A program made the translations under genes and the position numbers. Shown one piece after another: positions 19,691 through 28,868 of a stretch of 64,000 nt of DNA. This DNA comes from Polyangiaceae bacterium (GTDB taxonomy: Bacteria > Myxococcota_A > Polyangia > Polyangiales > Polyangiaceae), in NCBI GenBank assembly GCA_020846005.1, contig JADLEQ010000081.1:8783-72782 (forward strand), written 5' to 3'. The notes under the pieces were generated by a model. That model saw nothing but the letters and a program-made list of their open reading frames with translations, did not search any database and was not told the DNA's origin. Within the stretch, counting starts at the first letter, position 1. Every line of letters begins with the position of its first letter.

Positions 19691-22322
19691 CGCCGGCCGA
19701 GCCGAGGACGTGCCTCCCGGCGGCGGGCCCCAGCGCGTCGTCGTAGACGAGGAAGTCCGGCAGGTGGGTGGGGAGCGAGGCCGCGCGCCAGATGCCCGCG
19801 GCGTCGACCGCGGTGACGACGACGAGGTACCGCGACGGCGCGCGCGGGTTCGGCTGGACGAAGATCGCGCCCGTCCCCGGGCCGTCGAGCCGCGCGCCGC
19901 CCACCGCGAGGTGGTCGCCTGCCCAGCGGAGCGCCAGGCGGTCGGCGACGCTCGCGAGCAACGAGTGATCTCCCGGCGTTCCGACGGCGACGATCCCGCT
20001 CCGGGACTCGAGCTCCGGCGGGAGGTCCACGTCCCGCAGCACCGGGAGCGTCACCCGCGCGCCGCGCGGCCACCTCGCGAGCGTCTCGGCCAGCTCGCGG
20101 TTCGCGCGCGCGGTGGCCGCGCTGCCGGATCCCCACGCGACGGTGAGCGCGCCGAGCCACGCGTCGCCGATCGGCCCCTCGAGCGCGGCGCGCTTTCTCG
20201 TCGCGACGTCCGGCCGCCCGAGCGCCCACGCTCCGGCGCGCCGCGCGAGCGCGATCTCCGGGAGCGTCGCCTCGAGCTCGGTGCCGTCGACGACGACTCG
20301 CGCCGCGCCCCCGCCGACGAGCGCCGCGGGCGGCTCGAGCTCCAGCGCGTCCACGCCCACCGTCGCGACCTCGATCCGTCCCGGGCCGGTGATCCGGGCG
20401 TCGACGCGGGCCATCCCGCCGCCTGGCGCGAGCGCGGTGAGCCGCACCCAGTGGAGCGCGCCGTAGCGGAGGGCGTCCGTCGCCAGCGTCACGCGCCGGG
20501 GCGCCGCAGCGCGCTGGTGCCGGGTGAGCCACGGCCAGCCCGCGGCGTCGTCCCACGCGTTCAGCCAGACGGAGTGGCCGGTGTCGGGCCACGAGTCGGT
20601 GATCGGCGCGCCCAGCGCGCGGTAGCGGTCCACGAGCACGCGGGAGTTCTCCAGCGGGAGGTCCTGCAGCCCATGGGCCACGAACAGCGGGACGTGCCGC
20701 CCCGACTCTGCCCAGCTCGCGGGCGACCACGAGTGCAGGCGCGCTCGCTCCCACGGGCGCAGCTCCACTCCCTGCGTGTCGCGCCGCACGAACCAGCTCT
20801 GGTAGCCGCAGAGCGGCGACGCCGCGGCGAACGTGCCGGGGTACCGCAGCGCCAGGTGGGCGGCTCCCGTTCCCCCCATGCTCACCCCCGCGACGCTGAC
20901 GCGATCGCGATCGATCGGGTAGGTCGACATCGCCCAGTCGAGCGCCGCCATCGCCGCCGCCTCGCCCGGGCCGCGGTAGAAGGCGTTGCCGTGGGCGGAG
21001 GGCGCCACGACGAAGCCATCCACCGCCGGGTGCGGGCCCTCGTCCGTGGAGTCGAGGAACGCGCGCAGGACGCTCTCGGGCGTCCCGTCGTAGCCGTGGA
21101 GGAGCAGCACGAGCGGGCGAGGCGCGCGTCGCTCCGGCGTGTGCCCTCGCGGCACGTGCACGACGACCGGATCGGGAGCGCCGTCCACCGGAGAGGGGAG
21201 CGCCAGCCGGCGGAGGCCCGGGGCGTGGAGCCAGCTCGGCCCGCCGCGCTGCGCGGCCGTCGCTGCGGCGAGGGCGGCGGTCGCCCGCCGGAGCTCGACC
21301 GCGGTCCGTGAGAGGACGAGCTCGCTCCGCCGCCACGCGAGCGTGGCCCGCGTGGCGGCGTTCGCCTCGGCCGGGGCGCCGCGCTCGGCGGCGAGCGCCG
21401 CGTCGTGCGCCCGGATCGCCGCGCCCGAGACGGCGAGCTCGGCGCTCGTGGTGCGCCCGCCGGCGCGGAGCTCCACGCGGAGCGCGCGCGGTTCGTCCCC
21501 CAGCGTGGCGGCGTCGAGGACGGGGAGGGTGGCGACGACGGGGTGGACGCCGCCCAGCTCGGACGGCGCGCGCCCGAGCCGCACGCGGAAGACCTCCCGG
21601 CCGCCGATCGAGCCGGACGCCGCGAGCGCCGGCGAGTCCAGCGCGCCCGCAGCGTGGAGGACGCCGAGGACGGGCACGACGACGCCGGCCTCGTACGCGA
21701 CCGACAGGCGCGTCGTCGTCAGGGCGGGCGCCCAACGCTCTGCGGAGCTCACCCCGGCGGCGCTGCCCGTCGACGTGGTGAGCCCCGCCGGCACCGACGA
21801 CACCGCGCGATCGACGACGCGCACGCCCAACGCCCACTCGCGCCGCTCCGTCCGCCGCGCGAGCACCCGCAGGCGGTGCGTCCCGGCCGCGAGCGCGAGC
21901 GGCGCCGCGCTCCAAGCCGCGGCGCGGGCGCCCGTGAGGACCCGGTCGGCGATCAAGCGCTCGCCCAGCTCGACGCGGGCGGCCGTCTCGCCGGCGAGCA
22001 GCAGCCAGGCGTCGGCGCGCGCGGGCACTCGCAGCTCGAGCTCCAGCGTGAGCTCGGCGCCGACCGGCGCTCCGGGGCGGGCGGCGTCGAGGTCGAGCAG
22101 CGCGGGGGCGCCGACCTCCGCCGCCTCGGGTGCGCGCGCCACCAGGATGCGGCTCGGTCCGGCGCGGTCGCGGCCCACCGCGCGCCACACGCCCAGCGTC
22201 CCCGAGGCGCTCGGGACGACCCACGGCGCGGGGGCAACGCCCGCGCCTCGCGCCGGGGGCGCGAGCGTCGCGGCGGCCGTCGCGAGCGCGCCTCCCGCGC
22301 GCCGCCAGCGCGCGCGCGTCAT
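19611..22322 (-). CDS. Large secreted alpha/beta-hydrolase (prolyl oligopeptidase/esterase-like) protein
   Basis: 903 aa with a signal-like N-terminus. The central hydrolase core is PLVLLLHGYDGTPES...VSVAGVSMGGTGAAHLALRYPGTFAAASPLCGY...VAHGLQDLP (nucleophile elbow GxSxG). Confidence 0.75.
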   Translation of the reverse strand: MTRARWRRAGGALATAAATLAPPARGAGVAPAPWVVPSASGTLGVWRAVGRDRAGPSRILVARAPEAAEVGAPALLDLDAARPGAPVGAELTLELELRVPARADAWLLLAGETAARVELGERLIADRVLTGARAAAWSAAPLALAAGTHRLRVLARRTERREWALGVRVVDRAVSSVPAGLTTSTGSAAGVSSAERWAPALTTTRLSVAYEAGVVVPVLGVLHAAGALDSPALAASGSIGGREVFRVRLGRAPSELGGVHPVVATLPVLDAATLGDEPRALRVELRAGGRTTSAELAVSGAAIRAHDAALAAERGAPAEANAATRATLAWRRSELVLSRTAVELRRATAALAAATAAQRGGPSWLHAPGLRRLALPSPVDGAPDPVVVHVPRGHTPERRAPRPLVLLLHGYDGTPESVLRAFLDSTDEGPHPAVDGFVVAPSAHGNAFYRGPGEAAAMAALDWAMSTYPIDRDRVSVAGVSMGGTGAAHLALRYPGTFAAASPLCGYQSWFVRRDTQGVELRPWERARLHSWSPASWAESGRHVPLFVAHGLQDLPLENSRVLVDRYRALGAPITDSWPDTGHSVWLNAWDDAAGWPWLTRHQRAAAPRRVTLATDALRYGALHWVRLTALAPGGGMARVDARITGPGRIEVATVGVDALELEPPAALVGGGAARVVVDGTELEATLPEIALARRAGAWALGRPDVATRKRAALEGPIGDAWLGALTVAWGSGSAATARANRELAETLARWPRGARVTLPVLRDVDLPPELESRSGIVAVGTPGDHSLLASVADRLALRWAGDHLAVGGARLDGPGTGAIFVQPNPRAPSRYLVVVTAVDAAGIWRAASLPTHLPDFLVYDDALGPAAGRHVLGSAGVRAGGFFLADWSAPPDSADLRTAPGP

Positions 22323-22819
22323 CCGCGCGCGTGCGCGAGCACCTTGAGCCCGTCCCGGAACATCACGGAGATCTTCGAGTCCTCCAGCACCTGGGCGACG
22401 AACCCTTCGCCGAACTTCGCGTGCAGGATGAGGTCATCCTGCGCGAAGCGCCGATCGGCGCCGTAGCGGGCGAACGCCTCGAGCGACTGCCCGGCGATCT
22501 TCGCTTCCCAGTCGCGAACCCGTGCGCCCTCGGCTCGCGCGCCGGCGGAGACCCGCGGGGCCGCGGGCGCGCGGCCGCCGCCGCGCCCGGGCGCCGGCGT
22601 CGCGGCGGCGCGCCCCCCGGGGCGCGCCGGCGGCGCACCGTGCGGCTTGCGGTAGTTGTGTTGGCTCCCGCACGTCATGCACTCGACGCGCCTCGGCGCG
22701 CCGTTCAGCATCGCGACGACCTTGTGCCACAGGTCGAGCCTGCAGCGTGTACACCACGAGTCGACCTCGCTACCCACCGCGATCGGTTTCAACTGGCTCC
22801 TCCTCGTCCGGCGGTTCAC
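22319..22819 (-). CDS. Zinc-ribbon protein with a C-terminal HxxFGxGxV (UvrD-C/Tudor-like, DUF3553-like) motif
   Basis: CTRCRLDLWH...ECMTCGSQHNY gives two CxxC pairs. This is followed by a low-complexity linker and then DLILHAKFGEGFVAQVLEDSKISVMFRDGLKVL. The stop overlaps the start of the downstream hydrolase gene (ATGA). Confidence 0.55.
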   Translation of the reverse strand: MNRRTRRSQLKPIAVGSEVDSWCTRCRLDLWHKVVAMLNGAPRRVECMTCGSQHNYRKPHGAPPARPGGRAAATPAPGRGGGRAPAAPRVSAGARAEGARVRDWEAKIAGQSLEAFARYGADRRFAQDDLILHAKFGEGFVAQVLEDSKISVMFRDGLKVLAHARG

Positions 22820-23279
22820 TCGCGGACCGCTCGCGCCGCACGCGCACGCGCGGCTTCACCTCGGGGCGCACCACGCCACGATCGTTCGGGACGAAGCGGA
22901 CCTCCATCTTCACCTCGAACGAGAGCATCGTCAGCGCCCGTGACAGCTCCTCGGCGAGGTTGGTGTGGTCGAGGAAGTCGCGCAGCTCCCTCGCGACGAC
23001 CCGGTAGAGACCGGTCTTCGTCTCGTCGACCTGCGAGACGAGCACGGCGAGCAGCTCCTTCGGGAGCTTGAGATCGCGCATGAGCTCCCGGACGTTCTCG
23101 GGCCCCTCGGCGATCCGCTCGTAGCCGTCCGCGAGCTTCTCGTAGCCCGTCTCCACGGCGCGCTTCACCCACGCGGACAGCAGCCGCTCCAGCCGGCGCC
23201 GCTCTCGGTCTTTCTCGTCGCCCGCGGGCTCCTCGGCAGCCAACGCTGCACCCCTACCTTGGCGCAGTGCGTCAGTCAA
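22770..23279 (-). CDS. Hypothetical charged helical protein
   Basis: 169 aa with balanced composition (ERLLSAWVKRAVETGYEKLADGYERIAEGPENVRELMRDLKLPKELLAVLVSQVDETK). Its 3' end overlaps the annotated start of the next gene by about 50 nt. Confidence 0.55.
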   Translation of the reverse strand: MTDALRQGRGAALAAEEPAGDEKDRERRRLERLLSAWVKRAVETGYEKLADGYERIAEGPENVRELMRDLKLPKELLAVLVSQVDETKTGLYRVVARELRDFLDHTNLAEELSRALTMLSFEVKMEVRFVPNDRGVVRPEVKPRVRVRRERSASEPPDEEEPVETDRGG

Positions 23280-23359
23280 CCCGGCGCCTCGGTCCGGCCA
23301 ACGCCCGGGCGGCGCGGGCCCGGTGGGCTCGGCGCGGTCGGGGTACTAGGAACGCGGCG

Positions 23360-24655
23360 ATGGATCTCGACACGTACCGAGCCCGGCGCGAGCGCGTGCT
23401 CGATGAGCTCAACCCGGGTGTCCTCGTGTTGTTCGGGGCGCGCTCCGCGACCCAGTACGGAAGCAGCGACGACGATCGGCCGGAGCCCGATGTCCGGTGG
23501 TTGACGGGCTTCGAGGAGCCGGACTGCGTGGTCGTGCTGCGGAGCGGCGCCGAGCGGCGGTTCACGCTCTTCCTCCGGCCGCGCGATCCCGAGCGCGAGA
23601 CGTGGGACGGTCCCCGCCTCGGCCCGGAGGGCGCGATCGAGCGCCTCGGGGCCGACGCCGCCTACCCGATCGGCGAGCTCGCCGCGAAGCTCCCCGCCGA
23701 GCTGGAGAACGTCCCGCGACTCTTCTACCGACTCGGCCGTGACCGCGTCGCGGACGACCAGGTGCTCGCGGCGCTCGATCGCGTCCGGGCGCGGGGACGT
23801 ACCGGGGTCCAGTGGCCCTGCGAGATCATCGAGCCCGCGCGGGTGGTGCACGAGCAGCGCCTGCGCAAGGCGCCCGAGGAGGTGGCGTTGATGCGTCGCG
23901 CTGCGGAGATCACCACGGTCGCGCACGTGGCTGCGATGGCGCGCTGCGCGCCGGGGCAGCACGAGTACGAGCTGGAGGCGGTGCTGCGGGAGCGCTTCCG
24001 CGCGAGCGGCTCCGAGCGCCCGGCCTATCCGCCCATCGTCGGCTCTGGGCCGAACGCCACGGTGCTGCACTACCGGCGCAACGATCGGCGGATGTCGGCG
24101 GGCGAGCTCGTGCTCATCGACGCCGGGTGCGAGCTCCACGGCTACGCCTCGGATGTCACGCGCACGTTCCCGGTCGACGGCCGGTTCACCACCGCCCAGC
24201 AGGCCATCTACGAGCTCGTGCTCGAGTCGCAGACGGCGGCCCTCGACGCCACGCGCCCCGGCGCGACGATCGACGAGGTCCACCGAGTGACGGTGGAGGT
24301 GCTCGCGCGGGGGATGTTGGCGCTCGGCCTCCTCCGCGGGTCGCTCGCGGAGGTCCTCGAGCAGGAGAGGTACAAGACCTTCTACATGCACCGGACCAGT
24401 CACTTCCTGGGGCTGGACGTGCATGACGTGGGCGCGTATTTCGTCGAGGGGCGGTCGCGCGCGCTCGAGCCGGGGATGACGATCACCATCGAGCCCGGCC
24501 TCTACGTGCCCGTCGGCGCGGACGTTCCGGAGCGCTTCCGTGGCATTGGCGTCCGCATCGAAGACGACGTGCTGGTGACCGAGCAGGGCGCCGAGGTGCT
24601 GACGCCCGCGGTGCCGAGGACGGTGGCGGACGTCGAGCGCGCGTGCCGGGGGTGA
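23360..24655 (+). CDS. pepP: Xaa-Pro aminopeptidase (M24B)
   Basis: Internal ATG of ORF 23267..24655 (MDLDTYRARRERVLDEL). The M24 metal-ligand motifs are present: LIDAGCELHGYASDVTRTFPV, HRTSHFLGLDVHD, TIEPGLY and GVRIEDDVLVT. Confidence 0.9.
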   Translation: MDLDTYRARRERVLDELNPGVLVLFGARSATQYGSSDDDRPEPDVRWLTGFEEPDCVVVLRSGAERRFTLFLRPRDPERETWDGPRLGPEGAIERLGADAAYPIGELAAKLPAELENVPRLFYRLGRDRVADDQVLAALDRVRARGRTGVQWPCEIIEPARVVHEQRLRKAPEEVALMRRAAEITTVAHVAAMARCAPGQHEYELEAVLRERFRASGSERPAYPPIVGSGPNATVLHYRRNDRRMSAGELVLIDAGCELHGYASDVTRTFPVDGRFTTAQQAIYELVLESQTAALDATRPGATIDEVHRVTVEVLARGMLALGLLRGSLAEVLEQERYKTFYMHRTSHFLGLDVHDVGAYFVEGRSRALEPGMTITIEPGLYVPVGADVPERFRGIGVRIEDDVLVTEQGAEVLTPAVPRTVADVERACRG

Positions 24656-25272
24656 CGGCGCAGGTGGCGTCGCCCTCGGGTCGTGCGTGGCGAGCCGCTG
24701 CTGCGGCGAGCGTGGCCGCGGCCGTGCTGTCCGCCCCGGCCCGCGCGCGCGCGGAGGCGTCGGGCGGGGAGCGGGGACGCTACGTTCATCTGTTCGGGAC
24801 CGCCGCGGTCGGGCGGGGCCTGCGCCTCAACAACCCGTACCGGCTCGAGACGGTGCTCGGGCGTGACGCCGAGTCCCTCTCGCTCTCCGCCTGGTACGCG
24901 GATGTCGGGCTGGGCGCGACGCTCGGCGATCCGGAGGGTTGGCAGCACGGGGTCGTCGTGCGTGAGTCGCACGCGCTCGACGGCGTCCCGCAGGACGTCG
25001 TGACCCCGGGCTACACGCTGCTCCGTAGGTTCCGCCCGAGGTACCAGGCGTTCGCGCGCGCTGGGGTGCCGGTGGTGGTCCGGCCCGATCTCTCGTGGGG
25101 GCTCGAGGCCGCCATCGGGGGCGTCTGGCTGGTGACGGCGGCGCTCGGGTGCACCGCCGAGGTGGTGGGGAGCGTCTTCTACGGCGCGGCGACCTGGGAT
25201 CGCGCGGCGACGGCGATCCCGATCGTGTCGCTCCAGCTCGGCGCATGGCTCGACGCGGAGCTGCTGCCGTGA
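24643..25272 (+). CDS. Hypothetical secreted protein (possibly beta-rich/outer-membrane)
   Basis: The signal-like N-terminus is AAAAASVAAAVLSAPARARAEA. GTG at 24652 would overlap the pepP stop (GTGA). I recognise no family. Confidence 0.5.
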   Translation: MPGVTAQVASPSGRAWRAAAAASVAAAVLSAPARARAEASGGERGRYVHLFGTAAVGRGLRLNNPYRLETVLGRDAESLSLSAWYADVGLGATLGDPEGWQHGVVVRESHALDGVPQDVVTPGYTLLRRFRPRYQAFARAGVPVVVRPDLSWGLEAAIGGVWLVTAALGCTAEVVGSVFYGAATWDRAATAIPIVSLQLGAWLDAELLP

Positions 25273-25676
25273 GGGCGGGGGCGCCGCCGGGGGGCCTGGG
25301 CCGCTGGGGGCGCGTGGCGCTCGTCGGCGTGCTGCTCGCGTTCTGCATGGGGCCCGTCCCGGGCGACGGGGGCGGCTGTGGTCAGCCGGCGGTGGAGCTC
25401 GATCCGGAGACCTTCTTCCGCGGGAAGGCGGCGATCGAGTGCGAGCGCTGCACGGAGTGCGGGCTCCTGACGGAGTCCTGCCGCGCCGCCTGCGAGCTGC
25501 GCGCGACGCGCCCGACCGCGTTCGACCCGGGGTGCTTCCCCCTGGTGCACGACGGCGAGGTGTGCCTCCGCGCGCTCTACTACGCGCCGTGCGACGAGCT
25601 GAGCGCGTTCGTGCGCGACGTGGCTCCGCTCGTCCCGACGGAGTGCGACTTCTGCCCGCCGGGGGGGCGCCGGTGA
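25269..25676 (+). CDS. Small Cys-rich lipoprotein
   Basis: GTG at 25269 overlaps the previous stop (GTGA). The lipobox-like sequence is VALVGVLLAFCMG. The 135-aa protein has 12 Cys, including CERCTECG and CDFCPPGG. Confidence 0.5.
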   Translation: MRAGAPPGGLGRWGRVALVGVLLAFCMGPVPGDGGGCGQPAVELDPETFFRGKAAIECERCTECGLLTESCRAACELRATRPTAFDPGCFPLVHDGEVCLRALYYAPCDELSAFVRDVAPLVPTECDFCPPGGRR

Positions 25677-26641
25677 AGCTCCCGGGAGCGCTGGCCGCGG
25701 TGGCGGCGTTGCTCGGCGTCGCGGGTTGTTGGCGGACGCTCGGCGTGGACGCGGCGGACTATGATCTCTACCGCCGCACGCGCACCGCGCCGACGGAGGA
25801 GGAGCGCCTCGCCGCGGCGGAGCAGTACCTTCGCGAGCGTCCGCGCGGCGAGTACGCGCCGGAGGTGCGCGCCGCGATCGGCCGCGACGAGCCCGGGTTC
25901 TGGGAGCGCTCGCACGGCACCCGGCGCGGGCTCGAGACGTACCTCGAGACGTTGCCGTACGGTCCCCACGCGGAAGAGGCGGCCGAGCGCCTCGCCGAGC
26001 TCGATCTCCGGCGCCGCTATGCGCGGCGACGCGCCGCGGATCTCGACGAGGCCGCGCTCGAGCTCACCGAGCGCCTGGAGGACGCCGCGGAGTCGCGGCG
26101 CGCCTTCCTGCGCGAGGTCACGGCCTGGTCGGTGCGGCTCGCGTCCATCCGAAGCTGGGGGGCGAGGACGGCCGAGCTCGATCGAAGCTTCCTCCACGCG
26201 TGGAGGATCGCGGAGCCCGCCGCGCGGTGCCGCGACGCCACCTGCACCAAGTCCCTCTCGCTCGTGTACGCCGTCCCGGACGGAGGGCGGCTGCGCGCGC
26301 ACCGGGCGGTCTTCGACGTGCAGCTCGAGCTCGAGCGAGGCCTGCTCGCCCGAGGGCGCCTCACGGGCCCCGAGCTGTGGACGCGACTGGCCGAGGCGGT
26401 CGAGGTCGCTCGCGTCCCGCCCGGGGACGCGCAGGCACGCGCCGAGGCCATCGGGCGGAGCGTCGACGTGGTGAAGAACGCGATCGAGGCGCACCTGCCC
26501 GCGGCCCGTTGCGAGCGAGAGGCGGTGGGGATGCGGGTCCTCGTGCGGAGCTGCGACGGCGTGTCATTGACGATGGTGGCCGCCGAGAGCCCGGAGGAGG
26601 AGGACCGCCTCGAGGTGGCGCCCGTCGCGGTTCCCCACTAG
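25673..26641 (+). CDS. Hypothetical lipoprotein (helical, charged)
   Basis: GTG at 25673 overlaps the previous stop (GTGA). The lipobox is VKLPGALAAVAALLGVAGC. 322 aa. Confidence 0.6.
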   Translation: MKLPGALAAVAALLGVAGCWRTLGVDAADYDLYRRTRTAPTEEERLAAAEQYLRERPRGEYAPEVRAAIGRDEPGFWERSHGTRRGLETYLETLPYGPHAEEAAERLAELDLRRRYARRRAADLDEAALELTERLEDAAESRRAFLREVTAWSVRLASIRSWGARTAELDRSFLHAWRIAEPAARCRDATCTKSLSLVYAVPDGGRLRAHRAVFDVQLELERGLLARGRLTGPELWTRLAEAVEVARVPPGDAQARAEAIGRSVDVVKNAIEAHLPAARCEREAVGMRVLVRSCDGVSLTMVAAESPEEEDRLEVAPVAVPH

Positions 26642-26654
26642 ACGAGCCTCCGCC

Positions 26655-27524
26655 GTGAGCTTCGAGCCGCTGATCCCGTACGTACAGATCCCCGATCTGG
26701 TGCTCGTGCCACGCGGCGCGCTCGGGGACTTCCCGCCGGCGCCGCTCGCCATCAAGCCGTTCGGGACGCTGGTCGCGATCGGGGTGTACCTGGGGTCGTG
26801 GCTGGTGCTGCGGCATGGGAGGCGCGTCGGGCTGCACGAGCAGGCGCTGGCCTCGTTCATGGTCTTCGTCGGCGGGGGCGGCTTCCTCTTCGGGCACGTG
26901 CTCGACGTGGTCTTCTACTTCCCGGAGCGGATCCTCGCGGACCCGCTCTCCCTCGTGCGGGTCTGGGACGGTCTCTCCAGCTTCGGGGGGTTCACCGGGG
27001 CGCTGATCGGCGCCCTCGCCTGGCGGGCGAAGTACCGGGTGCCGATGCTCCCGTACGCGGACGCCGTGGCGAGCGGGTTCCCGGTCGGGTGGTGTCTCGG
27101 GCGGCTGGGGTGCTCGGTCGCGCACGATCACCCCGGGCTGCGCAGCGAGGCCTGGTACGCCGTCCAATACCCGGGCGGGGGCCGCGTCGACCTGGGCCTG
27201 GCGGAGCTCGCGCTCTGCCTGCCGATCGCGATCGCGGCGCTCGCGCTGCGCCGCCAACATCGACCCTGGGGGTTCTTCCTCGGCGTGACGTGCACCGCCT
27301 ACGCGCCGCTCCGGTTCTGCCTCGACTTCCTCCGCGCGCGGGACACCCCGGTCGTCGACGCGCGCTACCTCGGCCTGACGCCCGCGCAGTGGGGCAGCAT
27401 GGGCCTGCTCGCGGTCGGGCTCGTGTGCCTGACACGCGCGCTCCGTGGCGCGGGCGATCCGGCGGCGCTGCGGGCGCCCGCGCCGCCGGAGGGCTTCCCC
27501 GCTCGGGCTGCGCGGTCGGGCTGA
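26655..27524 (+). CDS. lgt: Prolipoprotein diacylglyceryl transferase family protein
   Basis: Polytopic membrane protein. FGTLVAIGVYLGSWL, WDGLSSFGGFTGALIGA and PVGWCLGRLGCSVAHDHPG (a variant of the Lgt GR-x-G-N/C motif). GTG start. Confidence 0.72.
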   Translation: MSFEPLIPYVQIPDLVLVPRGALGDFPPAPLAIKPFGTLVAIGVYLGSWLVLRHGRRVGLHEQALASFMVFVGGGGFLFGHVLDVVFYFPERILADPLSLVRVWDGLSSFGGFTGALIGALAWRAKYRVPMLPYADAVASGFPVGWCLGRLGCSVAHDHPGLRSEAWYAVQYPGGGRVDLGLAELALCLPIAIAALALRRQHRPWGFFLGVTCTAYAPLRFCLDFLRARDTPVVDARYLGLTPAQWGSMGLLAVGLVCLTRALRGAGDPAALRAPAPPEGFPARAARSG

Positions 27525-27567
27525 CCGCGCGGCGCGGCCCGCCGCCTCGAGCTCGAAGAGGCGCGCG

Positions 27568-28494
27568 TCAGCCCCGCAGGCGGAGCGCCCCGGGGAGCAG
27601 GCTCGCGCGCAACGGCAACCGGCCCGGGGTCTCACCGTCCATGTCGATCAGCACCTCCGCTCCCGCGTGCAGCGGGCGCGCCTCGACGCTCGCGGCGCGC
27701 GTCGACGTGACCTTGCGCGCCGCGAGGTGCGTGCCCTGATAGATCTTGGGCGAGATCGCGAGGCCCTCGGCGCGCCCTAGGTCACCCAGCGCCACGATGT
27801 CGAACCGCCCGTCGTCCGGGAGCGCGTCGGGGGCGATGAACATCCCCCCGCCGAAGTACTTGCCGTTCGCGATGGCGACGTTGAGCACCGGCCCCTCGTG
27901 GAAGAGCTGGCCGTCGCAGCGCACCTCGACCGGGGCGTTGCGGTAGACGAGCGTCGCGCGGAGCGCGCCGACGAAGAACGCCGCTCGCCCGCCGATCCAC
28001 TTGGGTCCGGCGTTGACGATCCGGTCGGTGAGGCCGCCCAGCCCGAAGCTCGTGATGTTCAGGAACGCGCGCCTGCGCGGCGCCCCGTCGTCCGCGGTGA
28101 GGTCGAGGACGCCCAGATCGATCGGCCGCGGCGCCGCCGTGAGGAGGCGCGTGATGGCGGCGTCCACGTCGTCCTCGATACCGAAGGTCTTGCGGAAGTC
28201 GCCGCCGGTGCCGGCGGGTAGCAGCGCCAGGTCGGGGCCTCGGCGGGGCTGCCCGTCGTCGTCGACGTACGCCTGGCACGCCTCGTTCAGGGTGCCGTCG
28301 CCCCCGACGACCGCGACGCAGTCCGCTCCGTCGTCTCGCGCCTCGGCGACGCGCCGGCTCGCGTCGCCCGGGCCCCGGGTCTCCAGGACCTGGAAACGCA
28401 CGCCTGCCTCGTCGAGGCGGCGGCGGATGTCCGGGAGGCGCCGGAGGGCGGCGCCGCTCCCGGCTCGTGGGTTCAACACGACCGCGACGCGCAT
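27568..28494 (-). CDS. Lipid kinase, diacylglycerol-kinase catalytic domain (YegS/BmrU family)
   Basis: Internal ATG gives MRVAVVLNPRAGSG...CVAVVGGDGTLNEA...LALLPAGTGGDFRKTFG. Confidence 0.85.
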   Translation of the reverse strand: MRVAVVLNPRAGSGAALRRLPDIRRRLDEAGVRFQVLETRGPGDASRRVAEARDDGADCVAVVGGDGTLNEACQAYVDDDGQPRRGPDLALLPAGTGGDFRKTFGIEDDVDAAITRLLTAAPRPIDLGVLDLTADDGAPRRRAFLNITSFGLGGLTDRIVNAGPKWIGGRAAFFVGALRATLVYRNAPVEVRCDGQLFHEGPVLNVAIANGKYFGGGMFIAPDALPDDGRFDIVALGDLGRAEGLAISPKIYQGTHLAARKVTSTRAASVEARPLHAGAEVLIDMDGETPGRLPLRASLLPGALRLRG

Positions 28495-28566
28495 GGGGCG
28501 GCACTCTACACCGAGCGGGGTCGCCGGCTGGCGCGTCGTCCGGGTCGCGGGTAGCCGCCAGGTCGC

Positions 28567-28712
28567 GGCAGGGCGGCGCGGCAGGGCGGCGCGGCAGGGC
28601 GGCGGCAGGGAAGCGCGGCGCGGCGGGGAGGAGCGGCGGGGAGGAGCGGCGGGGAGGCGCGGCGGGGAGGAGCGGCGGGGAGGAGCGGCGGGGAGGAGCG
28701 GCGGGGAGGCGG
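28567..28712 (+). repeat. G-rich tandem array with 13-bp period (about 11 units)
   Basis: GCAGGGCGGCGCG occurs about 3 times, then GGGGAGGAGCGGC/GGGGAGGCGCGGC about 7 times, read directly at 28567-28712. The array lies in the divergent intergenic region between the lipid kinase and the RRM gene. Confidence 0.85.
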
Positions 28713-28868
28713 GACCCGCCACTGCGGGCGCGACACGGGCCGAGGCGGGGCGAGCCGGCGTCGCTCGAGGCAGGCCGAGGAGGGGCGTGCGCGGCGCGCG
28801 CTTGACTCGCCTGGCGTGCCGGCTATCGTCGAGCTGCGCAGCTTTCGCCGGATTACGGCTGGTACCAC

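Noticed and set aside
18526-22224. 1232-aa minus-strand ORF, the longest in this region
   Set aside because: It is almost entirely Arg/Ala/Gly/Pro. It is an alternative frame of the same strand as the 903-aa hydrolase ORF (19611..22322), which has balanced composition and a GxSxG hydrolase core.
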